From contig DASYGD010000375.1 of the NCBI GenBank assembly GCA_036000185.1, forward strand, positions 1-48,494: a stretch of DNA of 48,494 nucleotides, written 5' to 3'. Source of the stretch: Pirellulales bacterium. GTDB lineage: Bacteria; Planctomycetota; Planctomycetia; Pirellulales; JAICIG01. Position numbers and translations under genes: made by a program. The notes beneath the pieces were generated by a model, which saw only the letters and a list, made by a program, of their open reading frames with translations, was not told the DNA's origin and did not search any database. Below are positions 40,165-48,494 of this stretch, one piece after another (position 1 is the first letter of the stretch; each line of letters opens with the position of its first letter).

Positions 40165-40575
40165 GTGGCAACGCCGGACGGAAAACTGACTCCCGTCCAG
40201 TTCGAGATCATGCAACTGATCTGGAACTCGACGCAAGGACTGACGGTCGGGGAGATCTGGGAAGCGATTCGCTCGGGGCGCGATGTCAGCCGGACCACGG
40301 CGCTCAACCTGGTCGACCGGCTCGAGAAGCGGTCCTGGCTGAAGCGCCGCAAGGATCAGGGGGTGTTTCGCTACGCGGCCGCAGTGCAGCGGCAGTCGGC
40401 CGAAGCGCAGTTGGCGGTCGATTTTGTTGAGGAGTTCTTTGCCGGCTCGGCGGCGAATCTGGTGATGAGCCTGCTGGGTTCCCAGCGCATCTCCAAGTCG
40501 GACATTCAGCGTCTAAAACGCCTGATGGACGAGAGAGAGACAGGATCGACTCGAAAGAGAGGAGAATCTCAATGA
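40165..40575 (+). CDS. BlaI/MecI/CopY-family transcriptional repressor
   Basis: Winged-helix pattern LTPVQFEIMQLIWNSTQGLTVGEIWEAI...SRTTALNLVDRLEKRSWLKR. GTG start preceded by GGAGGA. ATGA overlap with the downstream M56 gene. Confidence 0.85.
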   Translation: MATPDGKLTPVQFEIMQLIWNSTQGLTVGEIWEAIRSGRDVSRTTALNLVDRLEKRSWLKRRKDQGVFRYAAAVQRQSAEAQLAVDFVEEFFAGSAANLVMSLLGSQRISKSDIQRLKRLMDERETGSTRKRGESQ

Positions 40576-43500
40576 CCTCGTTCTCAGACCTGTTGCTGCC
40601 TACGGGATTTCTCGTCCACTGTCTGAATGCGGCTCTGGCGCCAGTTGTGGCGTGTGCCGTCGCCGTCGTCTTGAGCCGGCGCTTGACTTGGTCGCTACCT
40701 GTGCGTCATGCACTGCTGGTCACCGCACTCGTTGCCAGTATTGCGGCTCCCATAGCCAGTCCGTTGTTCCGCCTGCCGTCGATCTGGGCGATTCGAGTAA
40801 CTTCGAATCCAGAGCGGCCGCTGCCGGCGGTCGACTTGCAGCCCAAAGCGTTAATCCATTCACCGCAGGTCGTGGAACCGCCCGTTGCCAATGCGATCTC
40901 CATTCCTGTCGCTGAAACGAACAACGATCGACCAGAATTCGCCGAAGCTGCCGTCATCCCGCCGGTTTCTGTTGTCGCCGATCCGTCCCCGCCCTCACCC
41001 ATCCAGAAGCTGCAATTCCTGACCATGACAGAGTGGGCTCGGATTATCGGCACGCTGTTATGCGGCCTGTGGTTCGTCGGCATCGCGTTCGGTAGTGTGA
41101 GGGCGATCTTCGGCCTCGCCAGATTACGGCGATGGATGCAAACCGTTTCCGTCGCCGACAATCCCATTCTCTCCGCAGCGGTCCGTCAGGCGGCGGACGG
41201 CGTGGGCCTGCAATCGGATTTCGTCGTCTCGCGCTCGGACCTTCTGCCGGCTCCCGTCACTTTCGGGCTGTTTCGTCCCCGGATCGTCGTGCCAGCGGGG
41301 ATCGAGTCGACTCTTCCGTCCGATCAATTGCGTGCGGTCCTGCAACACGAGATGGCGCATATCGCCCGAAGGGACCTGTGGATCGGGCTGCTGCAACAAC
41401 TCGCTCAAATCGGCTACTGGTGGAATCCGCTCGTGCGTCTGGCCAATCGTCAACTCGCCGATCTGCGCGAGCAGATCTGCGACGACATCGCCATCCGCGA
41501 ACTGGCGGAGCCGGGCGCTTATGCGGCAACTCTCATCGCCATCGCCGAGCGATGCAGCCAGTGCGCGCCGGTCCCGGCGACGCTCGGCATCGGCTCGTCA
41601 CCCGCGGGCCAATTGGAAACCCGCATTCGCCGCATCGTGTCGCCGCGCCGGGCCTCGAGCATTCGCTTGAGTCGCCGGGCCGCCGCCGGGGTGTCGGCAG
41701 CCGCCGTGCTGATGGCCGCGACGATTCTGTTCGCCGAGGTTCAGATCGAATCATCCGCCGATCAGGAGTCCGGAGAGATCGCGAATACGGTACAGGGCGA
41801 ACAGTCCGATGGCGCCATTGAGAAGGCTCCCGCCAAACAGTCCGGCGTTGCAAAAGAGAAGGCGCCAGCCGCGTCATCGGTCAAAGCGGGCGAGCCGCAG
41901 AACCCGACACTGCACGACCTGATCCAGCAGATGGCCGTTTACGAGCGGATGTACTTCCCGTATGACATCCAGGCGATGGAGACATTCCGCTTTCCCGACG
42001 ATTTGCCCCCCGAAGAGCGTGCGCGGAACCTCCGGGCCGATGGGCGCAAGCACCAGCGGTTGATGGAGTATGCTCAACTCAAGCGCCGCATCTGGAGAAG
42101 CAAAGAAACGGACTTGGTGGACGACGAAGTCGAACAAGGTCCGTATCAACGATTCAGCGACGGCGAACAGATCATCCAGGTTTCGCCGAGTTCGGTGACC
42201 ATCAATGGCGTCACGGCTCTGGAATATTACGTCAGCCACAGAAAAAACGACATCTCCAATTATCCGCTCGCCACGCCGCTCTACGGCGTCTTTTGCCTCT
42301 CTGCGTATAGTGCGTCGGAACTCTTCTCCGAAGTCTTCAAAGCCGACGAAGAAGCGGTGGAACTGGCCTGGGACAACGGCGACGCGAAACTCACGTTCGG
42401 TTACGGTCAGCCCCACTGGAACATGAAATTTGTCCTGTGGCTGAGCCGAGCCCATGCCTGGCACCCCGTGCGGCTGCAAAAGTTTTGGGATGCGAAGGAC
42501 ACGGTATTCCACGATGAGTGGGAAGTCACCAAGTTTGTGCAGCATGGAAAAGACTGGCGAATCGCCGAAGGGACGCACCGCTATCACAATCGAAATCGGA
42601 AGAACAACGTGCAGGACGCGAGAATCGAGTACTCGATGGATTTCAAGATTCTCAAAGAAAAATACGGCCGCGAAGTCGACGAGCAGCAATTCAAGTTCGA
42701 AATCCCCGCAGGGGCCAAGGTCCGGGACGATCAGAAACCAGAAGCGGAGCCTCCGCCGCCGGCAAAAACGCGGGAGATCACGGTCACCGTGATCGATGTC
42801 GACGGCAAGCCACTCCCCAACACAACCGTTCGCTTGCCCCGAGGGGGATTTAAGGACTTCGATCTGGTGACGACCGACGAGAAAGGCATCGCTCGTTCAT
42901 CCAAGGCTCCGGCGGACAACGTGACGGTGGAGATCACAGCGGAGAGCTTTCGCCCGGTGACATGGATTCTCGGTGACGGGACGAACGACCTGCGGGCCAT
43001 CATGGCGCCGGTGTCGACTGGCGTGGTCGTGGACAATGGCCAGCCCGTCGCGGACGCGTGGATCACAAATCGATCCCTGCAAATCCGCGCCGACGGATAC
43101 GCCTATGTCCCTTCACGGGATTGGGATGGCCGCGACGATGACTGGAGTGATAGCGCGGGGCGGTTTGAACTTAAAACGGATTTGATCCTGCGGCATCGCG
43201 ACGCCGTGATTCCGCTCGTCGCCATCCATCCGAATCGAGACAAGACGGCAATCCGGTTTGTTCCGGCTGGTGAACTCCAGCAGAATCAAGAGGTGGCCTT
43301 GCAGAGCGTATGCCACGTTCAGGGGCACTGCCTGTTGGAAGGGATGACAGAATCCGTGGAGGTCGGTATCGGGTTGGAATCCTCCACCGGCCAATACATC
43401 GGCTTCCTCTCGACGAGAAGGGAGCTGACTCCAGAGGGACTAAGTGTCGATTTTCAACTCCGCTTTCCTCCGGGCGATTATGTGCTCACTTCTCGCCAGA

Positions 43501-44072
43501 CGTCGCATCATGCCGGGTTCACGATTCCCTTCACCATCCCGAAGGACAAGTCCGATCTGGACCTCGGAACCAAGTCCGTGCAGGCCACTGGATTGGTCGC
43601 GCTCATAGGGAGGCCGGCGCCCGAACTGGATGTTCAATGGCGACACGGCCAGGAGACGAACTGGGAGAAACTACGTGGGAAGGTGGTCGTGCTCGATTTC
43701 TGGGGAACTTGGTGCGGCCCCTGCGTCGCCGGCATGCCGATGCTGATGGAGATCGCCGATCAGTTCCAGGACAAACCGGTCGCCTGGTTGTCGATCCACA
43801 CGGCCAATTTTAAGGACTTCAACGAGTTCGACGTGGAGCTAGCGAAGTGCGAACAGCGCGATTGGAACAAGCGCAAACTCTCCTTTACGACGGTGCTCGA
43901 TCAATCCCTGCCGGAAGGAGAATATACCGGCAAGACCAGTCAGCGATACGGGATTGCGGAGTGGCCCACGCTAATCATCATCGATCAGCAAGGCAAGGTC
44001 GTCGGGCCAATCCACAAGAAAAAGCTCGCCGAGACAATCGCCCGCCTGCTGGATAGCGGAACCGAAGAATAA
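40572..44072 (+). CDS. BlaR1-like M56 metallopeptidase signal transducer with a large extracytoplasmic region and a C-terminal TlpA-like thioredoxin domain
   Basis: N-terminal TM helices, zinc motif LQHEMAHIARRD (HExxH), a long beta-rich middle region, and a C-terminal VVVLDFWGTWCGPCVAGMP (thioredoxin CxxC). Confidence 0.85.
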   Translation: MTSFSDLLLPTGFLVHCLNAALAPVVACAVAVVLSRRLTWSLPVRHALLVTALVASIAAPIASPLFRLPSIWAIRVTSNPERPLPAVDLQPKALIHSPQVVEPPVANAISIPVAETNNDRPEFAEAAVIPPVSVVADPSPPSPIQKLQFLTMTEWARIIGTLLCGLWFVGIAFGSVRAIFGLARLRRWMQTVSVADNPILSAAVRQAADGVGLQSDFVVSRSDLLPAPVTFGLFRPRIVVPAGIESTLPSDQLRAVLQHEMAHIARRDLWIGLLQQLAQIGYWWNPLVRLANRQLADLREQICDDIAIRELAEPGAYAATLIAIAERCSQCAPVPATLGIGSSPAGQLETRIRRIVSPRRASSIRLSRRAAAGVSAAAVLMAATILFAEVQIESSADQESGEIANTVQGEQSDGAIEKAPAKQSGVAKEKAPAASSVKAGEPQNPTLHDLIQQMAVYERMYFPYDIQAMETFRFPDDLPPEERARNLRADGRKHQRLMEYAQLKRRIWRSKETDLVDDEVEQGPYQRFSDGEQIIQVSPSSVTINGVTALEYYVSHRKNDISNYPLATPLYGVFCLSAYSASELFSEVFKADEEAVELAWDNGDAKLTFGYGQPHWNMKFVLWLSRAHAWHPVRLQKFWDAKDTVFHDEWEVTKFVQHGKDWRIAEGTHRYHNRNRKNNVQDARIEYSMDFKILKEKYGREVDEQQFKFEIPAGAKVRDDQKPEAEPPPPAKTREITVTVIDVDGKPLPNTTVRLPRGGFKDFDLVTTDEKGIARSSKAPADNVTVEITAESFRPVTWILGDGTNDLRAIMAPVSTGVVVDNGQPVADAWITNRSLQIRADGYAYVPSRDWDGRDDDWSDSAGRFELKTDLILRHRDAVIPLVAIHPNRDKTAIRFVPAGELQQNQEVALQSVCHVQGHCLLEGMTESVEVGIGLESSTGQYIGFLSTRRELTPEGLSVDFQLRFPPGDYVLTSRQTSHHAGFTIPFTIPKDKSDLDLGTKSVQATGLVALIGRPAPELDVQWRHGQETNWEKLRGKVVVLDFWGTWCGPCVAGMPMLMEIADQFQDKPVAWLSIHTANFKDFNEFDVELAKCEQRDWNKRKLSFTTVLDQSLPEGEYTGKTSQRYGIAEWPTLIIIDQQGKVVGPIHKKKLAETIARLLDSGTEE

Positions 44073-44534
44073 AGGGGCGGCACTTCAATATCGAATTCGA
44101 AAGTCGCGGCCGCGACAAGACCCGCCAAAGGGACTTTGTCGTCCGACGGAAGGTAGTCGCCCCAAAACGCATATTCCGTAAAGTGCATCGGTCCGACACG
44201 CCGACGCAGGCTTGCAGGCCGCGTTTGGGCGCTTCGGTGAAATCGACCGACGCATCGAAACGTAAGTTGCCGGTGCGCCGCCGCTGGCAGATGTTCCGAT
44301 TTCGTTGCGTGCATAGGACGAACCGACCTTGGTCACGCACGTGTCAACCCGCGATCTAATGCCGCCAGCCAGGGGAATATTGATTCGGCGATTTGCCTCC
44401 CGCGCGGTATAATCTACTAAGCAGTCTCAGCGACAGGCGGCATTCTGGTCCGCCTGCCCGCCGCCCTGGATTGCCGGGGCCGCGCTCCGCAACTCGGAGC
44501 CACCAGCACATTCCTCGTGCAAAGGTGCGCTCCG

Positions 44535-44993
44535 ATGCAGATCGAGCTTCGCAAGCTGGCCGAAATCCGGCCCTATTCCAACAACCCCCGCCTCAACGAC
44601 TCCGCCGTCGACGCCGTGGCGGCCAGCCTCCGCGAGTTCGGCTTCCGCCAGCCGATCGTGGTCGACGAAGAGGGCGTGATCATCGTCGGGCACACGCGCT
44701 ACAAGGCGGCGCAGAAGCTGGGTTTCGAGAGCGTGCCGGTGCATGTCGCCACCGACCTGACGCCGGAGCAGATTCGGGCTTATAGAATCGCCGACAACCA
44801 GACGGCGTCTTTGGCCGAATGGGATTACGAGCTGCTACCCGTCGAGTTGGCGGACCTGCAGGCGGCGCACTTCGACCTCGGGCTGTTGGGCTTCGAGCCG
44901 GACGAGCTGGCGAAGCTGCTGGGCGGCGAACTGCAGGACGGGTTGTGCGACCCCGACGAAGTGCCGGCGCCGCCCGATGAGGCGGTCACGTAG
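44535..44993 (+). CDS. ParB-like nuclease domain (N-terminal part of a ParB-methyltransferase gene, ending at an in-frame TAG)
   Basis: MQIELRKLAEIRPYSNNPRLNDSAVDAVAASLREFGFRQPIVVDEEGVIIVGHTRYKAAQKLG is the ParBc pattern. The TAG at 44991-44993 is in the same frame as the methyltransferase ORF. Confidence 0.8.
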   Translation: MQIELRKLAEIRPYSNNPRLNDSAVDAVAASLREFGFRQPIVVDEEGVIIVGHTRYKAAQKLGFESVPVHVATDLTPEQIRAYRIADNQTASLAEWDYELLPVELADLQAAHFDLGLLGFEPDELAKLLGGELQDGLCDPDEVPAPPDEAVT

Positions 44994-45059
44994 CCGGGCG
45001 ATCTGTGGATTCTGGGCGAGCATCGGCTGCTCTGCGGCGATTCGTCGAAGCCGGAGGAC

Positions 45060-45878
45060 GTGGACAGGTTGCTCGACGGGGCGGCGATTCATCTGGTCAA
45101 CACGGACCCGCCCTACAACGTTAAGGTCGAGCCGCGCAGCAACAACGCCATCGCGGCAGGGTTGAGTTCGTTTCAGGGCACCAAGCACCACCAGGCGCTC
45201 GACCTAGCTCGCCATCCGGGCAAGTCGAAGCCGACGCAGAAGAAGCTGCGCGCCAAGGATCGTCCGCTGGCGAACGACTTTGTGACGGATGAGGCGTTCG
45301 ACAAACTGCTCGCAGCTTGGTTCGGCAACATGGCGCGCGTGCTTTTGCCGGGTCGAGGTTTTTTCGTCTGGGGCGGGTACGCGAACCTGGGCAACTATCC
45401 GCCTGTGCTGAAAGCCTGCGGCTTGTACTTCTCGCAGGGCATCGTCTGGGACAAGCAGCATCCCGTGCTGACCCGCAAGGACTTCATGGGGTGCTTCGAG
45501 ATCGCATTCTACGGTTGGAAGGAAGGCGCCGCGCACCAGTTCTTCGGGCCGAACAACGCACTGGACCTCTGGCACGTGAAGAAGGTCAACCCGCAGTCGA
45601 TGGAGCATTTGACCCAGAAACCTGCCGAGTTGGCAGCGCGGGCGATGCAGTACTCATCCCGGACCGGCGAGAACGTGCTCGATCTCTTCGGCGGGAGCGG
45701 GTCGACGCTGATCGGGGCGCAGCAGACGGGCCGGAAGGCGTTCTTGATGGAGTTGGACCGGCTCTATTGCGACGTGATCGTCGACCGCTTCCAACGATTC
45801 ACTGGGGTTCCGGCGGTGCTGGAGCGAACTGGGGAGGCACCGATTCCGATGAACGCCCGCGAGGAGGCGATGCGATGA
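45060..45878 (+). CDS. N4/N6 DNA methyltransferase domain (PF01555-type). Homology begins upstream at 44994, immediately after the TAG
   Basis: VNTDPPYN (DPPY motif) and LDLFGGSGSTLIGA (AdoMet motif). The conserved N-terminal motif PGDLWILGEHRLLCGDS is encoded at 44994-45044, before the first possible start (GTG 45060). Confidence 0.8.
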   Translation: MDRLLDGAAIHLVNTDPPYNVKVEPRSNNAIAAGLSSFQGTKHHQALDLARHPGKSKPTQKKLRAKDRPLANDFVTDEAFDKLLAAWFGNMARVLLPGRGFFVWGGYANLGNYPPVLKACGLYFSQGIVWDKQHPVLTRKDFMGCFEIAFYGWKEGAAHQFFGPNNALDLWHVKKVNPQSMEHLTQKPAELAARAMQYSSRTGENVLDLFGGSGSTLIGAQQTGRKAFLMELDRLYCDVIVDRFQRFTGVPAVLERTGEAPIPMNAREEAMR

Positions 45879-45883
45879 GGGAA

Positions 45884-46102
45884 TTAGCGAGCGCGGAAGG
45901 CAGTCGCGTGTTGCCAGCGGTCGGCGAAGTAGTCGTGCAGCTTGCGGTAGGCGTCGCAGATGTTGATCGCGTACTCGGCCCGCCAGATCTGAAGCTGCGC
46001 CCTGGCGGCGGGTTTCCTGGCGAGCGCGACAGCGTCGTCGATGTGGCCGTCCTCGTCTACGAGGCACATTGCGTCGTCGATGATTTGGATGGCGTACCGC
46101 AT
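45884..46102 (-). CDS. Hypothetical small phage-region protein (72 aa)
   Basis: ORF 45884-46171. The likely start is MRYAIQ at 46102, preceded by GGAGAA. No family recognised. Confidence 0.4.
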   Translation of the reverse strand: MRYAIQIIDDAMCLVDEDGHIDDAVALARKPAARAQLQIWRAEYAINICDAYRKLHDYFADRWQHATAFRAR

Positions 46103-46440
46103 GGTTCGTTCTCCGGCAAAAGGCGTCTTGGCGGCGCGTGCTACATCGGCGGCAACCGCGTGACACCACATAAGCCACAGTCGCGGGAGAACATCAATAG
46201 GTTGCCCAAAGAATTGTGTTGGGCGAACGGCGGCCGGGACGCGGGCCGTGCCGTTGGTGTTCGTTGGGGGATGGGCCGTTCCGCGCCATGTGGCGCCACG
46301 TTAGCGCACGTCGCCTTCGTCGTTCGGCGGTTGGCCAAGGGAGGCCCGGCAACGCCACAACGCGCCAGGGGCGAACGTCGTGCGTCTGGCCGGGAATGTT
46401 TGCCTTCGGTGAGTACCACGAGCTGTAGGGAGACCGATCC

Positions 46441-46893
46441 ATGCCCATGCGATTGAAGAAAGCCTGCCGGATCCCAGGTTGCCCGGAGTTGACGCACGAG
46501 CGGTTCTGCCCGACGCATCGCTCGATCACGTGGCAGAACGATCGGCGCGGCACGTCGCGCGAGCGGGGCTACGACCGCGCGTGGGACAAGGTAGCGCAGC
46601 TGCGAAGGCAATTGGATTACGGACTGTGCCAGCCGTGCTTGCGAGACGACCGGCTCACGTTCGCGCGCATCGTCGATCACATCGTGCCGTTGCACGTGCG
46701 CCCCGATTGGAAGCTGGCGTTGGAGAACACGCAGGTGATCTGCGCGCTGTGTCATGCGCGCAAGACGGCGAACGACACGCGCATGTACGGGAGCAGCGCG
46801 CAGATGAAGTTGAGCGCGGAGCAGCAAGCGAACGTCGAACGCGCGCGAGCGCTCGATGTTGCGCCGCGCTGCGGAGAAGTGGAAGTTCAATGA
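46441..46893 (+). CDS. Phage HNH endonuclease
   Basis: Cys-rich N-terminus (CRIPGCPELTHERFCPTH), HNH core VDHIVPL...NTQVICALCHARKT, and the position immediately upstream of the terminase genes. Confidence 0.85.
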   Translation: MPMRLKKACRIPGCPELTHERFCPTHRSITWQNDRRGTSRERGYDRAWDKVAQLRRQLDYGLCQPCLRDDRLTFARIVDHIVPLHVRPDWKLALENTQVICALCHARKTANDTRMYGSSAQMKLSAEQQANVERARALDVAPRCGEVEVQ

Positions 46894-46907
46894 TGCGGCA
46901 CAAGACC

Positions 46908-46993
46908 GGGGGGGGAGTACATTCTCTAGGCCAGCGCGCGTTGTTCCGTGCGTGCCCCGCCGTGCGCGCCGCCGCGAAATTGGGTGGGGGGGG
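46908..46993. repeat. Two G8 homopolymer tracts (46908-46915, 46986-46993) bracketing a 70-bp GC-rich segment in the HNH-terS intergenic region
   Basis: Read directly. The position is typical for a cos/pac region in HNH-TerS-TerL phages. Confidence 0.4.
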
Positions 46994-47019
46994 TAACTTT
47001 CGACAGGGAGGCGTAATTC

Positions 47020-47484
47020 ATGCGTGGGCGGAAGCCTAAACCCATTGTGCTCAAGGTGTTAGAGGGCAACCCAGGCAAGCGGCCCATCAACGACCGTGAA
47101 CCGACGGTACCCCCCGGAATGCCTGACTGCCCGGAGTACCTCGACGACACGGGTCGCGGCGAATGGCAGCGCACCGGCGCATTGCTCCGCGAAATGGGAC
47201 TTCTGAGCTTGGCCGACCGGACGGCGCTGGCGGCGTACTGCATGGTCTACAGCCGCTGGGTCCAGGCCGAGGCGGCGGTCAAGAAATACGGGGCGATTGT
47301 AAAGAGCCCCGAGAAAGGCTTCCCCATGAAATCGCCCTACCTGACGGTCGCCGACCAGGCGATGGAGTCGATGCGGAAGTTCATGGTCGAGTTCGGCCAT
47401 ACGCCATCGAGCCGCAGCCGCATCAAGGTTCCCGACGCCGGGCAGGCCGGCGATGAATTCGATTCTTTTATGGAGGCGGGCTGA
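47020..47484 (+). CDS. Phage terminase small subunit (P27 family)
   Basis: MRGRKPKPIVLKVLEGNPGKRPIN...GEWQRTGALLREMGLLSLADRTALAAYC...FGHTPSSRSRIKV is the typical P27-family pattern. Confidence 0.85.
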   Translation: MRGRKPKPIVLKVLEGNPGKRPINDREPTVPPGMPDCPEYLDDTGRGEWQRTGALLREMGLLSLADRTALAAYCMVYSRWVQAEAAVKKYGAIVKSPEKGFPMKSPYLTVADQAMESMRKFMVEFGHTPSSRSRIKVPDAGQAGDEFDSFMEAG

Positions 47485-48494
47485 TGACGAAGCTGCTTGA
47501 GCGCCTGGCGGAAGCCAAGCAAGAAGGCTGGGATGAATGGATTCAATGCGAAGCCGATGAACGGGCCGTGCTCGCCGGTCATCGCTTCGACTTGGCCTCC
47601 GCGGTTCGCGTCCGCACGTTCTTCACGACCTTCCTGCGGCACAGCAAGGGCCAATGGGCACGTCAGCCGTTCGAACTGCTCGACTGGCAATGGCGCAGCG
47701 TGGTGGCGCCGCTATTCGGTTGGAAACGCCCCGACGGGTCGCGGCGCTACCGGCGAGGGTACATCGAAGTCCCCAAGAAGAACGGCAAGTCGGCCCTGTT
47801 CTCAGGGCTGAGCCTATACCTGCTCGCAGGCGACAAGGAAGCGGGCGCCGAGATCTACAGCGCCGCAGTCGACCGGGATCAGGCTTCGATCGTTTTCAAC
47901 GAAGCCGCCAACATGGTCGAGGAATCACCGCAGCTGACCTCCCGGCTGCAGGTCGTGCGTTCGACCAAACGGATCGTGTTCCACCGCACTCGCTCGTTCT
48001 GCAAAGCGTTGTCCGCCGACGTGCCGGCCAAGGAGGGTCTCAACGCCCACGCGGTGCTGATCGACGAGCTGCACGCGCAGCGGACCCGCGATCTCTGGGA
48101 CACGCTGCGTTATGCCGGAGCATCGCGGCGTCAGCCGCTGCACCTGTCGATCACGACGGCGGGCTTCGACAGGCATTCGATCTGCTGGGAGCAGCACGAT
48201 TACGCTCAGAAGGTGCTGGACGGCATCATCGAGGATCTTTCGTTCTTCGCATTCATCTCCGGGGCGGGCGACGAGGACGACTGGACCAGCCCCGATGTGT
48301 GGCGGAAGGCGAACCCCAGCTTCGGCGTCACGCTCAATGAGGACCAGTTCGCGGAGGACTGCAAGGAAGCCGCCGAGTCGCCCGCCAAAGAGAATTCGTT
48401 CCGCCGCTACCGCTTGAACCAATGGACCGAACAGGACGTGCGCTGGCTGAGCATGGAGAAGTGGGACGCCTGCGACAGGATGCCCGACATCGCC
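47484..48494 (+). CDS. Phage terminase large subunit (partial, continues past the window end)
   Basis: The frame is open from the ATG at 47484 (TGATGA junction with terS) to the window end. It reads PFELLDWQWRSVVAPLFGW...VPKKNGKSALFSG (Walker A-like) ...VLIDELHAQ (Walker B-like). Absent from the ORF track because there is no stop. Confidence 0.9.
   Translation, partial: MTKLLERLAEAKQEGWDEWIQCEADERAVLAGHRFDLASAVRVRTFFTTFLRHSKGQWARQPFELLDWQWRSVVAPLFGWKRPDGSRRYRRGYIEVPKKNGKSALFSGLSLYLLAGDKEAGAEIYSAAVDRDQASIVFNEAANMVEESPQLTSRLQVVRSTKRIVFHRTRSFCKALSADVPAKEGLNAHAVLIDELHAQRTRDLWDTLRYAGASRRQPLHLSITTAGFDRHSICWEQHDYAQKVLDGIIEDLSFFAFISGAGDEDDWTSPDVWRKANPSFGVTLNEDQFAEDCKEAAESPAKENSFRRYRLNQWTEQDVRWLSMEKWDACDRMPDIA

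Larger units (their letters stand above)
44535..48494 (+). mobile_element. Phage-derived region (prophage or remnant); left boundary uncertain, right end beyond the window
   Basis: ParB-methyltransferase, HNH endonuclease, and small and large terminase genes lie in phage-typical order. No integrase or att site is identifiable in the window. Confidence 0.6.

Noticed and set aside
44380-44413. TATAAT hexamer (44408-44413) upstream of the ParB gene as a sigma70 promoter
   Set aside because: The nearest -35-like hexamers (TTGATT, TTGCCT) are 22 and 9 nt away, outside the functional 16-19 nt spacing.
44991-44993. TAG reassignment (alternative genetic code) in the phage region
   Set aside because: There is a single in-frame TAG, only five phage genes are visible, and the partial terL is free of in-frame stops. 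The evidence is insufficient, so it is kept only as one of several explanations in the finding.
45317-46456. 379-aa plus-strand ORF crossing the methyltransferase end and the HNH upstream region
   Set aside because: It is an alternative frame of the methyltransferase and antisense to the small ORF. The composition is Arg/Gly-rich and no motifs are present.

Overview
GC-rich bacterial chromosomal window. Gene content (ACIII next to a caa3 oxidase, a BlaI/BlaR1-type pair, palindromic GEGRGEG-type repeats) suggests Planctomycetota, but that is inference only. Layout: (1) 1-4.4 kb holds an NtrB/NtrC-type two-component pair whose regulator carries the GAFTGA sigma54-activator motif. It is divergent from a -24/-12 promoter that drives a small ORF, an HPF/RaiA homolog and a frameshifted USP/BON locus. 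A second, perfect -24/-12 promoter fires from the other side. (2) 4.4-8.4 kb is a four-gene minus-strand phosphorelay operon: globin-coupled histidine kinase, dual-REC protein, REC-PAS-kinase, REC-ANTAR antiterminator. (3) 8.6-25 kb is a loose redox/NO/dormancy-type island. It holds a REC-only regulator, a YflT-like stress protein, rhodanese plus an FAD oxidoreductase, DUF2934, RIC/YtfE, DUF488, glucan phosphorylase, a cytochrome-b/Mo-oxidoreductase fusion, an AhpD-like protein, GAPDH, two cupins around an orphan SdhB-like Fe-S protein, a QueC-like protein and an AlkA-like glycosylase. Three fragments of paralogous genes are scattered through it. (4) 25.4-38.4 kb is alternative complex III (actABCDEF), a small TM protein, SCO1 and caa3 oxidase (coxBACD), with three REP/MITE-like palindromic elements. 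(5) 38.4-39.7 kb is an IS481-like insertion sequence. (6) 40.1-44.1 kb is a BlaI repressor plus a 1166-aa BlaR1/M56 protein with a thioredoxin tail. (7) 44.5 kb to the window end is a phage-derived module: ParB-methyltransferase, HNH, TerS, TerL. The most unusual observation is the rhodanese gene at 11233-11586 (minus). It is intact only if two in-frame TGA codons, at the catalytic Cys and a second loop position, are decoded, which makes it a candidate double selenocysteine protein. A SECIS-like hairpin lies downstream. Other notable points are about six sigma54-type promoters in intergenic positions, the globin-to-ANTAR relay, an in-frame amber codon splitting the phage ParB-methyltransferase, and the cupin/SdhB/cupin/QueC-like cluster. 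All functional calls come from reading the translations and motifs by eye; no database search was run.
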